From the NCBI GenBank assembly GCA_028278085.1, contig JANQFB010000323.1, positions 1 to 54,651 of the forward strand: DNA of 54,651 nt. The letters are read 5' to 3'. The position numbers and the translations under genes are program-made. Shown one piece after another: positions 1 to 8,629 of the stretch (within the stretch, counting starts at the first letter, position 1; the number at the start of each line of letters is the position of its first letter). The DNA comes from Chitinophagales bacterium. Lineage in GTDB: Bacteria > Bacteroidota > Bacteroidia > Chitinophagales > JANQFB01. The notes beneath the pieces were generated by a model that was not told where the DNA came from, did not search any database, and saw nothing but the letters and a program-made list of their open reading frames with translations.

Positions 1-1
1 T

Positions 2-3000
2 CCGACTTTAAGCGCCGCCGCGCTCAATAAAGTCAGGGATGATCCGTCGACGGATAATTATCACTACTACCGGGGTGACGACTACGATACCGACCAAACG
101 CCGATCCTCGAAAGATACAAGGATTTTAATGGCCCGGAAGGCAATTCTCCGACCTCCGAACAATCCAAGGATCTGAATAAAGACGGCTATCCGACCTCGG
201 CCACCAATATTCCGGATTCGGAAGACCTGAACCAGAACTACACGTTGGACGATGCCGAAGAGTTTTATCAATACCGGGTATCCGTTAGGCGGGAAGACCT
301 GGTGGTGGGCCAGAACTTCATTACCGATACCATTCGCAGACAGGTAAAATTACCCAATGATGAGACCGGCGCCGTTACCTGGTATCAATTTAAAATACCC
401 ATCCAGAAGTATTCTTTTAAAACCAGGAACATCCAGGATTTCCGGTCGATCCAGTTCGTCAGGATGTTCATGACCAATTTCAATGAAGATGTCATCATGC
501 GATTTGCACGACTGGAATTGGTGAGAAATCAATGGCGGAAATACCAATTCGATATCCAGGAACCCGGAGAATTTGGCAATGCCAATAACGACAACGGCCA
601 GGAAACTTTCTTTAACGTGGCCTCCGTAAGCATCGAAGAAAATTCGAATTATGATCTGCCTCCGGGCGTTCAGCGGGAGTCGTTGGTCGGGCAGGGCAAT
701 GTGAACAATGTACTGCAAAACGAACAATCCCTGTCTGCCCAGGTTTGTGATCTGCAGGATGGCAGCGCCAAGGCTGTTTTCAAGAATATCAACCTCGACC
801 TCAGGAACTTCAAAAGGATGCAGTTATTTGTACATGCCGAAGCGCTGAACAACGAGATCCTGAACGACGGCGACCTGACCGCTTTCATCCGCCTGGGAAC
901 CGATTTCACGGAAAACTTTTATGAATATGAGATCCCGCTGAAGGTTACCCCCATGGGCGCTACATCTCCGGAAGATCTTTGGCCGATCCCGGAAAACCTT
1001 TTCGACTTCTCCCTGGATTCATTGGCCCTGATCAAATTACAACGCGATTTCGAAAATTTCCCCTTCGACAAACCCTATATCGTTGACGCCGGCAACGGCA
1101 GGAGGATAACCGTTGTCGGTAGTCCTGATCTCGGCGATACCAAAACCGCCATGATCGGTATCCGTAACCCCAAATCCACCGGTGTGGACAGTAATGACGA
1201 CGGGATACCGGATGATGACGGATTACCCAAATGTGCGGAATTGTGGTTCAATGAATTCCGGCTGACCGAATTTGACGAAAGAGGAGGTTGGGCCGCGCTT
1301 GGCCGGGTCGATGTAAAATTGGCCGACCTTGGAAATGTGACGGTTTCCGGTAACATGCATACTATCGGCTGGGGTTCCCTGGAACAGAAGCTGAGCGAAC
1401 GGAAAAGGGATAATTTTTACCAGTATGATGCCTCCACCAATATTCAGCTCGATAAATTCCTGCCGAAGAAGTCGGGGATCAGGGTGCCGGTTTATGCAGG
1501 TATCTCCGAATCATTCAGTAATCCGCAATTCGATCCCTACCAAACCGATGTCTTGCTCAAGGATAAACTGGCCCAGATCGACCTGTTGGAAGAATTATCG
1601 GTACAGGAAAAAAGAGCGCTAAAAGATTCGCTGAAACGGGCAGCTCAGGATTATACGCGGATCAAAAGCCTCAACTTTTCCAATGTTCGCAAAGTGAAGG
1701 TCAAAAAAGGCGCCAAAAGTCATTTCTGGGATATCGAAAACTGGAATACCACCTATGCCTGGACCAATACTTTCCGTAGCGATCCCACGATAGAAAGTAA
1801 CGAGATCACCCGCCACCGGGGATCCCTGGCCTACAGTTTTTCCAAAAAAGCCAAATATATCAAGCCCTTCGAAAAGCTGATCAAACCCAAGAATAAGTAC
1901 CTGAAGCTGGTCAGGGATTTCAACTTCAACCTGATGCCTAACAGCTATACCTTCCGGAACGACCTGACCCGCCAGATCGGTGTTACACAACTGCGAAGGT
2001 TGTCACCGGATGAATTGCCGATCGATCCTTTATACGACAAATTTTTTAAATGGGACCGGGTATACGGGCTTAAATATGATATTACCAAAGGCCTGAATTT
2101 CGACTTCTCGGCGACCACCAATGCCAGGATCGACGAACCTATCGGCGCTATCGATACCAAGGAAAAGCGGGATACGATCATCGACAATATGTTTGGCCGG
2201 AACGGAAGGGATTTCGGTGGCCGTACGACCATGTACACCCACCGGGGAAATGTTAATTACAACGTGCCTATCAACAAATTGCCCTATATGGATTGGGTAC
2301 AGGTAAGGGCCAGGTATGGCTCGGATTATAACTGGACCACCTCCCCGAGAAATCCGCTGATGCCGGAGATCGATACGATCGGTAATACGATCCGGAATTC
2401 CAACAATCGCCAGCTCAATACCGACCTGAACATGAAGAATTTTTACAACAAGTTCAAGGTTCTCAGGAAATATAACCGTATGTCCAAATCCAGGAGAGAA
2501 AGCAGTAAAAGAGACTCCCGTAAGAAGAAAAGGAATGATAAAAAAGCCAAGCTGACCAAAGAGATCGAGAAAAAGCTGAAAGAAAGGGAACGTGTCAAAG
2601 ACCGTATCAAAAAGGTCAAAGAGCAAAAGCGAAAAAACTGGAAAGAAGAATTAAAGGAGTTGAAAGCGGAGAAAAAACAGTTGAAAAAAGATGTCAAGAA
2701 ATTGAGGGCGGATCGGCAAAAGCTGGATAATAACAAGACCAATCCCTATGCGGCTGCGGTGATCAAACCTTTAACCAGCCTGAAACGAGTTTCTTTTTCC
2801 TATACCGAAACCTACCGCTCGACCCTGCCCGGTTTTATGCCTAATCCACAATATATCGGCAACGACTTTGAAAGGAACGCCCCGGGATATGAATATTTAA
2901 TGGGCATGCAGCCCGATGCCGCCTGGTTGCAAAATGCCGCCCAAAATAATTGGATCATCACCGACTCTACCCGGAACTACCAGTTCCTGAAAAGCGAGGA

Positions 3001-4162
3001 TAATAATGCCACCCTCCGGGCCAATTTCGAACCGATGAACAATTTCCGGCTCGATATCAATTTTACCCGGACCTTGTCGAAAAACCTGGTCCAAAACTTC
3101 CTGGTAACCGGCCCGGAATCAGACCGACTATACGATGCCAGAACAACAGATGAGAACGGTAGCTTTTCCATGTCATTTATTACCTGGAAAACGGCATTTG
3201 TCAAGATCGGCAAAGACGGATTATCGCCCACATTCGAACAGTTTGAGGCCAACCGGATCTTCATCGCTGACCAGTTGGCCGGCGAAAACCCCAACTCCAG
3301 GGGATCATTCGAACTACCGGTAGATTCCAATGCCGCTATTGCGGAAGGTTTTCATCAAGGCTACGGGCCCTATTCACAGGATGTATTGATCCCCGCCTTT
3401 ATTGCCGCCTATACCGGCAAGGACCCCGATGCCAAGATCCTGAACTCAAGAACTTTCGATGCCATACCCAAACCCAACTGGCGGATCACATACAATGGTT
3501 TGACGAACCTGGATATCGTTAAGAAATATGCTAAAAACGTGAACATTACCCATGCCTACAATTCCACCTTAAGTGTTGGCAACTTTATTTCAAACCTGAA
3601 TTACGAGGAAACTTCAGGCTTCCAAAGCAGGGTCGATTCCAACTCCAATAACTTCTTTGCCTTCTACGAGATCCCACAAATTGCTATCAATGAGCAGCTC
3701 GCCCCTTTTATCGGCATCGATGTTACCTGGCAAAACGATCTGACCACAAGGGTCGATTACAAAAAAAGCAGAAGCCTCAGAATGGGCTTCCTGGATTACC
3801 AGTTGAGCGAAACCCGTACCAATGATTTTACGATCGGGCTGGGCTACCGGATGAAAGGATTCCCGCTGCCATTCCGGATCGGCGGTAAAAAGAAATCTTT
3901 GGAAAATGATCTGAACTTCCGGCTCGATTTCTCTTTTATCGATAACAAAACGGTTATTTATAAGCTCGACCAGGATGTCGCCGAGCCCACCCGCGGCAAC
4001 AAAACCATCGGTATTGCGCCATCTGTAGACTATGTGGTCAACAACCAACTGAATGTCCGGCTGTTTTACGACAGACGACAAACCATTCCTGCAACATCAT
4101 CGGCTTTCCCGATCACCAACACGCAAATGGGGGTAACGATCCGGTTCACCCTGGCTAACTGA
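2..4162 (+). CDS. sprA: T9SS translocon / gliding motility protein SprA, C-terminal ~1386 aa; the 5' end lies outside the window
   Basis: The frame is open from nt 2 (PTLSAAALNKVRDDPSTDNYHYYRGDDYDTDQ... precedes the first Met at 245). It is a very large beta-rich protein ending GVTIRFTLAN. Segments such as EDLNQNYTLDDAEEFYQY and DDGIPDDDGLPKCAELWFNEFRL match my memory of Bacteroidota SprA. gcvH follows directly, a synteny I recall for this phylum. Confidence 0.8.
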   Translation, partial: PTLSAAALNKVRDDPSTDNYHYYRGDDYDTDQTPILERYKDFNGPEGNSPTSEQSKDLNKDGYPTSATNIPDSEDLNQNYTLDDAEEFYQYRVSVRREDLVVGQNFITDTIRRQVKLPNDETGAVTWYQFKIPIQKYSFKTRNIQDFRSIQFVRMFMTNFNEDVIMRFARLELVRNQWRKYQFDIQEPGEFGNANNDNGQETFFNVASVSIEENSNYDLPPGVQRESLVGQGNVNNVLQNEQSLSAQVCDLQDGSAKAVFKNINLDLRNFKRMQLFVHAEALNNEILNDGDLTAFIRLGTDFTENFYEYEIPLKVTPMGATSPEDLWPIPENLFDFSLDSLALIKLQRDFENFPFDKPYIVDAGNGRRITVVGSPDLGDTKTAMIGIRNPKSTGVDSNDDGIPDDDGLPKCAELWFNEFRLTEFDERGGWAALGRVDVKLADLGNVTVSGNMHTIGWGSLEQKLSERKRDNFYQYDASTNIQLDKFLPKKSGIRVPVYAGISESFSNPQFDPYQTDVLLKDKLAQIDLLEELSVQEKRALKDSLKRAAQDYTRIKSLNFSNVRKVKVKKGAKSHFWDIENWNTTYAWTNTFRSDPTIESNEITRHRGSLAYSFSKKAKYIKPFEKLIKPKNKYLKLVRDFNFNLMPNSYTFRNDLTRQIGVTQLRRLSPDELPIDPLYDKFFKWDRVYGLKYDITKGLNFDFSATTNARIDEPIGAIDTKEKRDTIIDNMFGRNGRDFGGRTTMYTHRGNVNYNVPINKLPYMDWVQVRARYGSDYNWTTSPRNPLMPEIDTIGNTIRNSNNRQLNTDLNMKNFYNKFKVLRKYNRMSKSRRESSKRDSRKKKRNDKKAKLTKEIEKKLKERERVKDRIKKVKEQKRKNWKEELKELKAEKKQLKKDVKKLRADRQKLDNNKTNPYAAAVIKPLTSLKRVSFSYTETYRSTLPGFMPNPQYIGNDFERNAPGYEYLMGMQPDAAWLQNAAQNNWIITDSTRNYQFLKSEDNNATLRANFEPMNNFRLDINFTRTLSKNLVQNFLVTGPESDRLYDARTTDENGSFSMSFITWKTAFVKIGKDGLSPTFEQFEANRIFIADQLAGENPNSRGSFELPVDSNAAIAEGFHQGYGPYSQDVLIPAFIAAYTGKDPDAKILNSRTFDAIPKPNWRITYNGLTNLDIVKKYAKNVNITHAYNSTLSVGNFISNLNYEETSGFQSRVDSNSNNFFAFYEIPQIAINEQLAPFIGIDVTWQNDLTTRVDYKKSRSLRMGFLDYQLSETRTNDFTIGLGYRMKGFPLPFRIGGKKKSLENDLNFRLDFSFIDNKTVIYKLDQDVAEPTRGNKTIGIAPSVDYVVNNQLNVRLFYDRRQTIPATSSAFPITNTQMGVTIRFTLAN

Positions 4163-4268
4163 TCAAGTTTTTGCCTGGTTAAGGACATTTGGGTGCGCCT
4201 TCGTTCTTGTTCCCCATATTGCCTAAATCGACAGATTCTTATTAATTTCGCGAGTGGAAAAAATAATG

Positions 4269-4276
4269 TATTTTTG
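4269..4276 (+). promoter_or_regulatory. Candidate Bacteroidota -7 promoter box (TATTTTTG, fits TAnnTTTG) for gcvH
   Basis: TATTTTTG lies 15 nt upstream of the gcvH ATG at 4291. I could not pick a clear -33 TTG partner. Confidence 0.35.
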
Positions 4277-4290
4277 GTAAAAATCATGCT

Positions 4291-4674
4291 ATGGATTTTA
4301 GGGACAATCTCAAATACACAAAAGATCACGAATGGATCAGGGTCGATAATGACAAGCAGGCATATGTGGGGATTACGGATTTTGCTCAGAGCGAATTGGG
4401 GGACATTGTATATGTAGAGATCGAAACAGCCGGAGAGGAGCTGGACCAGGAGGCCGTGTTTGGAACCATCGAAGCGGTAAAAACCGTTTCGGACCTTTAT
4501 ATGCCGGTAGCCGGCAAAGTGCTGGAAGTGAATCCTCAATTGGAAGACAATCCCGAATTGGTCAACAAAGATCCCTATGGCGAAGGCTGGTTGATCAAAA
4601 TTGAAGTATCCGACACCGTGGAAATGGATTCATTGCTTGATGTCGATGCATACCGATCTACCGTCAGCGCCTGA
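4291..4674 (+). CDS. gcvH: Glycine cleavage system protein H
   Basis: 127 aa. [25 protein letters not shown] and the lipoyl-lysine context [10 protein letters not shown] are classic GcvH signatures. Confidence 0.93.
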   Translation: MDFRDNLKYTKDHEWIRVDNDKQAYVGITDFAQSELGDIVYVEIETAGEELDQEAVFGTIEAVKTVSDLYMPVAGKVLEVNPQLEDNPELVNKDPYGEGWLIKIEVSDTVEMDSLLDVDAYRSTVSA

Positions 4675-4699
4675 TCCAGGGTACGGATAGGAATCATCA

Positions 4700-5068
4700 A
4701 TGTTCTTTAAATATAATCTGTTCGGAATGCTCTGGGGCATGATGATCTTGTTCTTTTCCCTGCTCCCGGGGAGGGACATTCCGAAAATAGACATTATTAA
4801 CTTTGATAAGTTTGTCCATGCTGTCATATACGGTGTATGGGTTTTTATACTCCTTGTAGGTTTTCATAAACAGCATAGTATCATGAAACTCCGGTATAAT
4901 GCCGGGAAAAGCGCACTTCTGATCGCTTTCATTTATGGTACAATTATTGAGGTACTACAAGAGTTGTTGTTCGAAGATCGGTATTTTGACCTGATGGACA
5001 TTTCAGCAAATATGATAGGAGGTATTACAGGTTCATTGCTGTTTACCTTGATTTATTTCAAATTATAA
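4700..5068 (+). CDS. VanZ-like family membrane protein
   Basis: 122 aa with four hydrophobic segments. The DKFVHAVIYG ... EVLQELL ... R.FD..D...N..GG pattern is typical of VanZ-like proteins. Confidence 0.7.
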   Translation: MFFKYNLFGMLWGMMILFFSLLPGRDIPKIDIINFDKFVHAVIYGVWVFILLVGFHKQHSIMKLRYNAGKSALLIAFIYGTIIEVLQELLFEDRYFDLMDISANMIGGITGSLLFTLIYFKL

Positions 5069-5078
5069 TTTCACCGCG

Positions 5079-5876
5079 ATGGTTGCTTTACTATTAATAT
5101 TGGTTGGTATCATTCTGGCAGCGGTTTTGATCAGCCGTTTTATTTTTAACAAGAAATCTGCCGATGAGATCATCGATCTCCACCGGGGTAGCCAGGAAAG
5201 CCAATCCATTTTCGTTAAAAAATACAAAGAAGCTGACCTGGATTATTACCGGGGGCTTTTCCTGAGGATCGGATTTATCATTTCGCTGGGGATCGTGCTG
5301 TTAGCCTTCACCTGGACAACCTATGATAATATCAATGCTAATATGGGAGACCTGGCGATCCCTGACGATATCGAGGTCGAACCTCCCCAAACCAAACAGG
5401 AAAAACCACCGCCCCCTCCACCTCCACCTCCGCAGATCGAAGTGGTAGAGGATGAGGAGATCCTGGAAGACGAGCCCGAGATCGAGGATATGGAGATCGA
5501 GGAAGATACCGAGATCGAAATGCCGGACATACCTGAAGAGGAACCTGTTGCGGAAGAGCCGGAGATCTTTACCATTGTAGAGAAAATGCCTCAGTTTCCC
5601 GGAGGCGAGGCCGAAATGATGAAATTCATCTATAAAAACATTAAATACCCCCCTATCGCCCGCGAAAACAATATTGAGGGTTTGGTTGTCGTTACTTTTG
5701 TGGTTGGAAAAGACGGTAGTATCAACGACATTAAAGTGCTCCGGGATATCGGAGGAGGATGTGGAGAAGAATCCGTAAGAGTGGTCAAGAAAATGCCAAA
5801 ATGGAATCCTGGCAAACAAAGAGGCAAACCGGTCCAGGTACAATTCAACCTGCCGGTGAAATTTAAGCTGCAATAA
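5079..5876 (+). CDS. TonB family energy transducer
   Basis: It has an N-terminal TM anchor, a P9 tract plus an acidic E/D-rich linker, and a TonB C-terminal domain (EKMPQFPGGEAEMMKFIYKNIKYPPIARENNIEG...NLPVKFKL). Confidence 0.85.
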   Translation: MVALLLILVGIILAAVLISRFIFNKKSADEIIDLHRGSQESQSIFVKKYKEADLDYYRGLFLRIGFIISLGIVLLAFTWTTYDNINANMGDLAIPDDIEVEPPQTKQEKPPPPPPPPPQIEVVEDEEILEDEPEIEDMEIEEDTEIEMPDIPEEEPVAEEPEIFTIVEKMPQFPGGEAEMMKFIYKNIKYPPIARENNIEGLVVVTFVVGKDGSINDIKVLRDIGGGCGEESVRVVKKMPKWNPGKQRGKPVQVQFNLPVKFKLQ

Positions 5877-5927
5877 GGCTTTCTCTTTTATCGTCTTTAC
5901 CGGCTCTCTATTATCAGACCAGTTTAT

Positions 5928-7745
5928 ATGGCAGGCCGATTCTTTATCATATGTTTAGTCTTGTTGGCAAACATTCCTTTGCTGCAGGCACAGGTCAACC
6001 TGGAGTTGGACCTGGCCATGGAATATTACCACCGGGAGGAATACGATAAGGCTTCTGCCGTATTCGAGAAACTATTTGAAGACAAGGCAACGACCGTTGA
6101 GGTATATAAATACTACCTCAACACCCTGATCATTCTCCAGGATTTTAAAAAAGGGGAAAAGGTCGTTAAGAAAATGATCAAGGGATTCCCCGATAACCTA
6201 AGCTATTCCATCGATCTGGGGTATTTATATGCCCATTCCGACCGGGAAACGAAATCCAAAGAAAAGTACCAGGATGTGATCAAAAGACTAGTAGCCGACA
6301 AGGTCCGGATCAGGATGGTCGCCAATGCTTTCCTGACCATCGATGAGCACGAATTTGCCCTGGCCACTTACAAAAAAGGCAACCGGCTGTACAATAATTT
6401 TCCCTACTTCAACTATGATATGGCCGGCGTTTATGAGGCCATGGGCGATAAAGTGAATATGATCACCGCCTACCTTGACTACCTGGCCTTCGATCCCAAT
6501 CAAAAGCAAATGATCAAAACCGCCTTGCAGCGAACCTTATCCGGCACGACGGATTTCCGTGAATTGCAGGCACAGCTTTACCGGAGGATCCAAAAAAACC
6601 CGGATAACCCTGTGTTTCCCGAATTCCTGATCTGGCATTTTATACAACGGAAAGATTTTGCCTCGGCCTTTATACAGGTAAAAGCCCTGGATAAACGGCT
6701 GAAAGAAAACGGACAGCGGGTGGTCAACCTGGCCAGAACAGCCAATACGGAAGGCGATTATGATGCGGCCATCAGTTGTTATGATTATGTGGTCGGCAAG
6801 GGCAAAAAAACGCCTTATTATATGGTTGCCAAAAGGGGTATCCTGGAATCCAGGAAAGCCAAAATTACCCTGACCAGCAACTATACGGACGAAGATATTC
6901 AGGGCCTGAAGACCAACTACCTGCAATACCTGGAAGAGTTTGGAAAAAATGTCAGGACCGTCCCGACCATCAGGGATCTGGCGGAACTGGAGGCGAAATA
7001 TATCCACGATATCGATGCTGCCAGGAAATTGATGGAAGAGGCGATAAAAATGCCCGGACTCAACCGGAACCTGCAGGGAAAATGTAAGATCGACCTGGGA
7101 GATATATACCTGATCAGCGGTGATGTGTGGGAATCCACCTTACTTTACAGCCAGGTCGACAAAGCGATGAAAGACGAGCCCCTGGGAGAATATGCCCGTT
7201 TCAAAAATGCCAAATTATCTTATTATAAAGGGGAGTTCGAATGGTCGCAGGCCCAATTGAACGTATTAAAGGCATCTACCTCGGAATTGATCGCTAATGA
7301 TGCGCTGAATTTATCGGTTTTCATCATGGACCACCTGGGCCTGGATTCCACACAGATCCCCATGCGGCTGTTTGCCCGGGCCGATCTTCTGCGCTTTCAA
7401 AACAAATCCGACGAGTCTATCCTGGTCATGGATTCCATCTTGCAGTTTTATCCCGGCCACTCCCTGACCGACGATATCTATTATGCCAAGGCCAATATCA
7501 TGGTCAAGCAGGGCAAATATGACAAAGCACGGCAATTCCTGGATCATATTGTCCAAAAAAAGCCGGATGATCTCCTGGCCGACGATGCGATCTTTTTACT
7601 GGCGGAGATCAACCAGGTACACCTGGATAACCCGGAGGCGGCCAAACAGCTCTATGAAAAGATCATTCTCGACTACAAAGACAGCCTTTATGCGGTCGAG
7701 GCCAGGAAAAGATACCGGAAATTAAGGGGTGATAATCTTAACTGA
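5928..7745 (+). CDS. Tetratricopeptide repeat protein with a signal peptide
   Basis: 605 aa. The signal peptide is MAGRFFIICLVLLANIPLLQAQ. TPR-like A/Y/L helical repeats recur throughout (e.g. YDKARQFLDHIVQKKPDD). Confidence 0.7.
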   Translation: MAGRFFIICLVLLANIPLLQAQVNLELDLAMEYYHREEYDKASAVFEKLFEDKATTVEVYKYYLNTLIILQDFKKGEKVVKKMIKGFPDNLSYSIDLGYLYAHSDRETKSKEKYQDVIKRLVADKVRIRMVANAFLTIDEHEFALATYKKGNRLYNNFPYFNYDMAGVYEAMGDKVNMITAYLDYLAFDPNQKQMIKTALQRTLSGTTDFRELQAQLYRRIQKNPDNPVFPEFLIWHFIQRKDFASAFIQVKALDKRLKENGQRVVNLARTANTEGDYDAAISCYDYVVGKGKKTPYYMVAKRGILESRKAKITLTSNYTDEDIQGLKTNYLQYLEEFGKNVRTVPTIRDLAELEAKYIHDIDAARKLMEEAIKMPGLNRNLQGKCKIDLGDIYLISGDVWESTLLYSQVDKAMKDEPLGEYARFKNAKLSYYKGEFEWSQAQLNVLKASTSELIANDALNLSVFIMDHLGLDSTQIPMRLFARADLLRFQNKSDESILVMDSILQFYPGHSLTDDIYYAKANIMVKQGKYDKARQFLDHIVQKKPDDLLADDAIFLLAEINQVHLDNPEAAKQLYEKIILDYKDSLYAVEARKRYRKLRGDNLN

Positions 7746-7754
7746 GCAAGGCAC

Positions 7755-8060
7755 GTGATCCTATACAACGTTACGGTAAAAGTCGACCTGGATATTGAGC
7801 CGGAATGGAAAGCCTGGATGCAGGAAGTACATATTCCGGATGTGATGAAAACCGGCTTGTTTACGGATCACAAGTTCTGTCGCTTGCTGGAGCAGGATGA
7901 AAGTGACGGGATCACCTATGCCATCCAGTATTTTTGCCGGAATATGGAAGATTATTTCACATACCGGGATAAATATGCTCCTGAATTACAACAAAAACAT
8001 GCGGAAAGATACGCCGATAAATTTGTGGCGTTCAGAACCCTTTTGAAGGTAATTACGTAA
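7755..8060 (+). CDS. DUF4286 family protein
   Basis: 101 aa with a GTG start. ILYNVTVKVDLDIEPEWKAWMQEVHIPDVMKTGLF matches my memory of the DUF4286 N-terminus. Confidence 0.6.
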   Translation: MILYNVTVKVDLDIEPEWKAWMQEVHIPDVMKTGLFTDHKFCRLLEQDESDGITYAIQYFCRNMEDYFTYRDKYAPELQQKHAERYADKFVAFRTLLKVIT

Positions 8061-8131
8061 AAAATGTAAGTATTTTACCTTATTTTTAATAGTTTTATTA
8101 ATTTTACGGTGAGTTGCGCAATTGCGGTTAT

Positions 8132-8620
8132 ATGTTTAAATACATACTTACCATAAGATTTTTCCTGCTACTCCTTCCTCTTTTCCTGATCAGTTGCAAT
8201 ACATATTTTTGGCAACCTGTCTGTAAATTGATCGTCGGGAAATGGGTGATGAGCCCTAACCCCACCGATGCCGGCGTTACCGAAAAATGGGAGTTTAAAA
8301 GCGACGGTTGCCTGGTGATCACCAATCATGACCCCAATACCAATGAATTGTTGAGCACCCAGGTCTTCCTCACCTCGAAAACCGATACTTCCCTGACCAG
8401 TTGTATTGAATTCAACTGTAAAAACGGGTTAGGAAAGGATTTTGTCGAAACACCCCGCTGGTTCCTGGGCGACAATGCCTCCATAGGCGTTAACAATGAT
8501 GTGGGAAAATGGCTGGTGGTCCGGATCAACAAGGCCGAGCTCTACCTGAGCGCCCAGGTGGAGAATTCCTCCGGGCAAACCATCAAAGGCTATTTTCAGC
8601 GCGGCTTTATCCGGGAATAA
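8132..8620 (+). CDS. Hypothetical lipoprotein
   Basis: The ORF runs 8114..8620. The internal Met at 8132 gives a canonical lipoprotein signal, MFKYILTIRFFLLLLPLFLISC. I recognise no domain. Confidence 0.55.
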   Translation: MFKYILTIRFFLLLLPLFLISCNTYFWQPVCKLIVGKWVMSPNPTDAGVTEKWEFKSDGCLVITNHDPNTNELLSTQVFLTSKTDTSLTSCIEFNCKNGLGKDFVETPRWFLGDNASIGVNNDVGKWLVVRINKAELYLSAQVENSSGQTIKGYFQRGFIRE

Positions 8621-8629
8621 TTTTTTCCC

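Noticed and set aside
8-271. 87-aa minus-strand ORF at the window start.
   Set aside because: It lies entirely antisense to the open sprA frame. Its Arg/Gly/Ile-rich low-complexity translation is typical of a shadow ORF.
2030-2742. Minus-strand ORFs 2030..2626 (198 aa) and 2443..2742 (99 aa).
   Set aside because: Both are antisense to sprA. The second is simply the complement of the K/E-rich codon run (an F/L/S-rich translation). Neither has independent start context.
5301-5873. 190-aa and 84-aa minus-strand ORFs inside the TonB gene.
   Set aside because: They are antisense shadows of the Pro/Glu-rich linker and the TonB C-terminal domain. The TonB frame has clear domain signatures.
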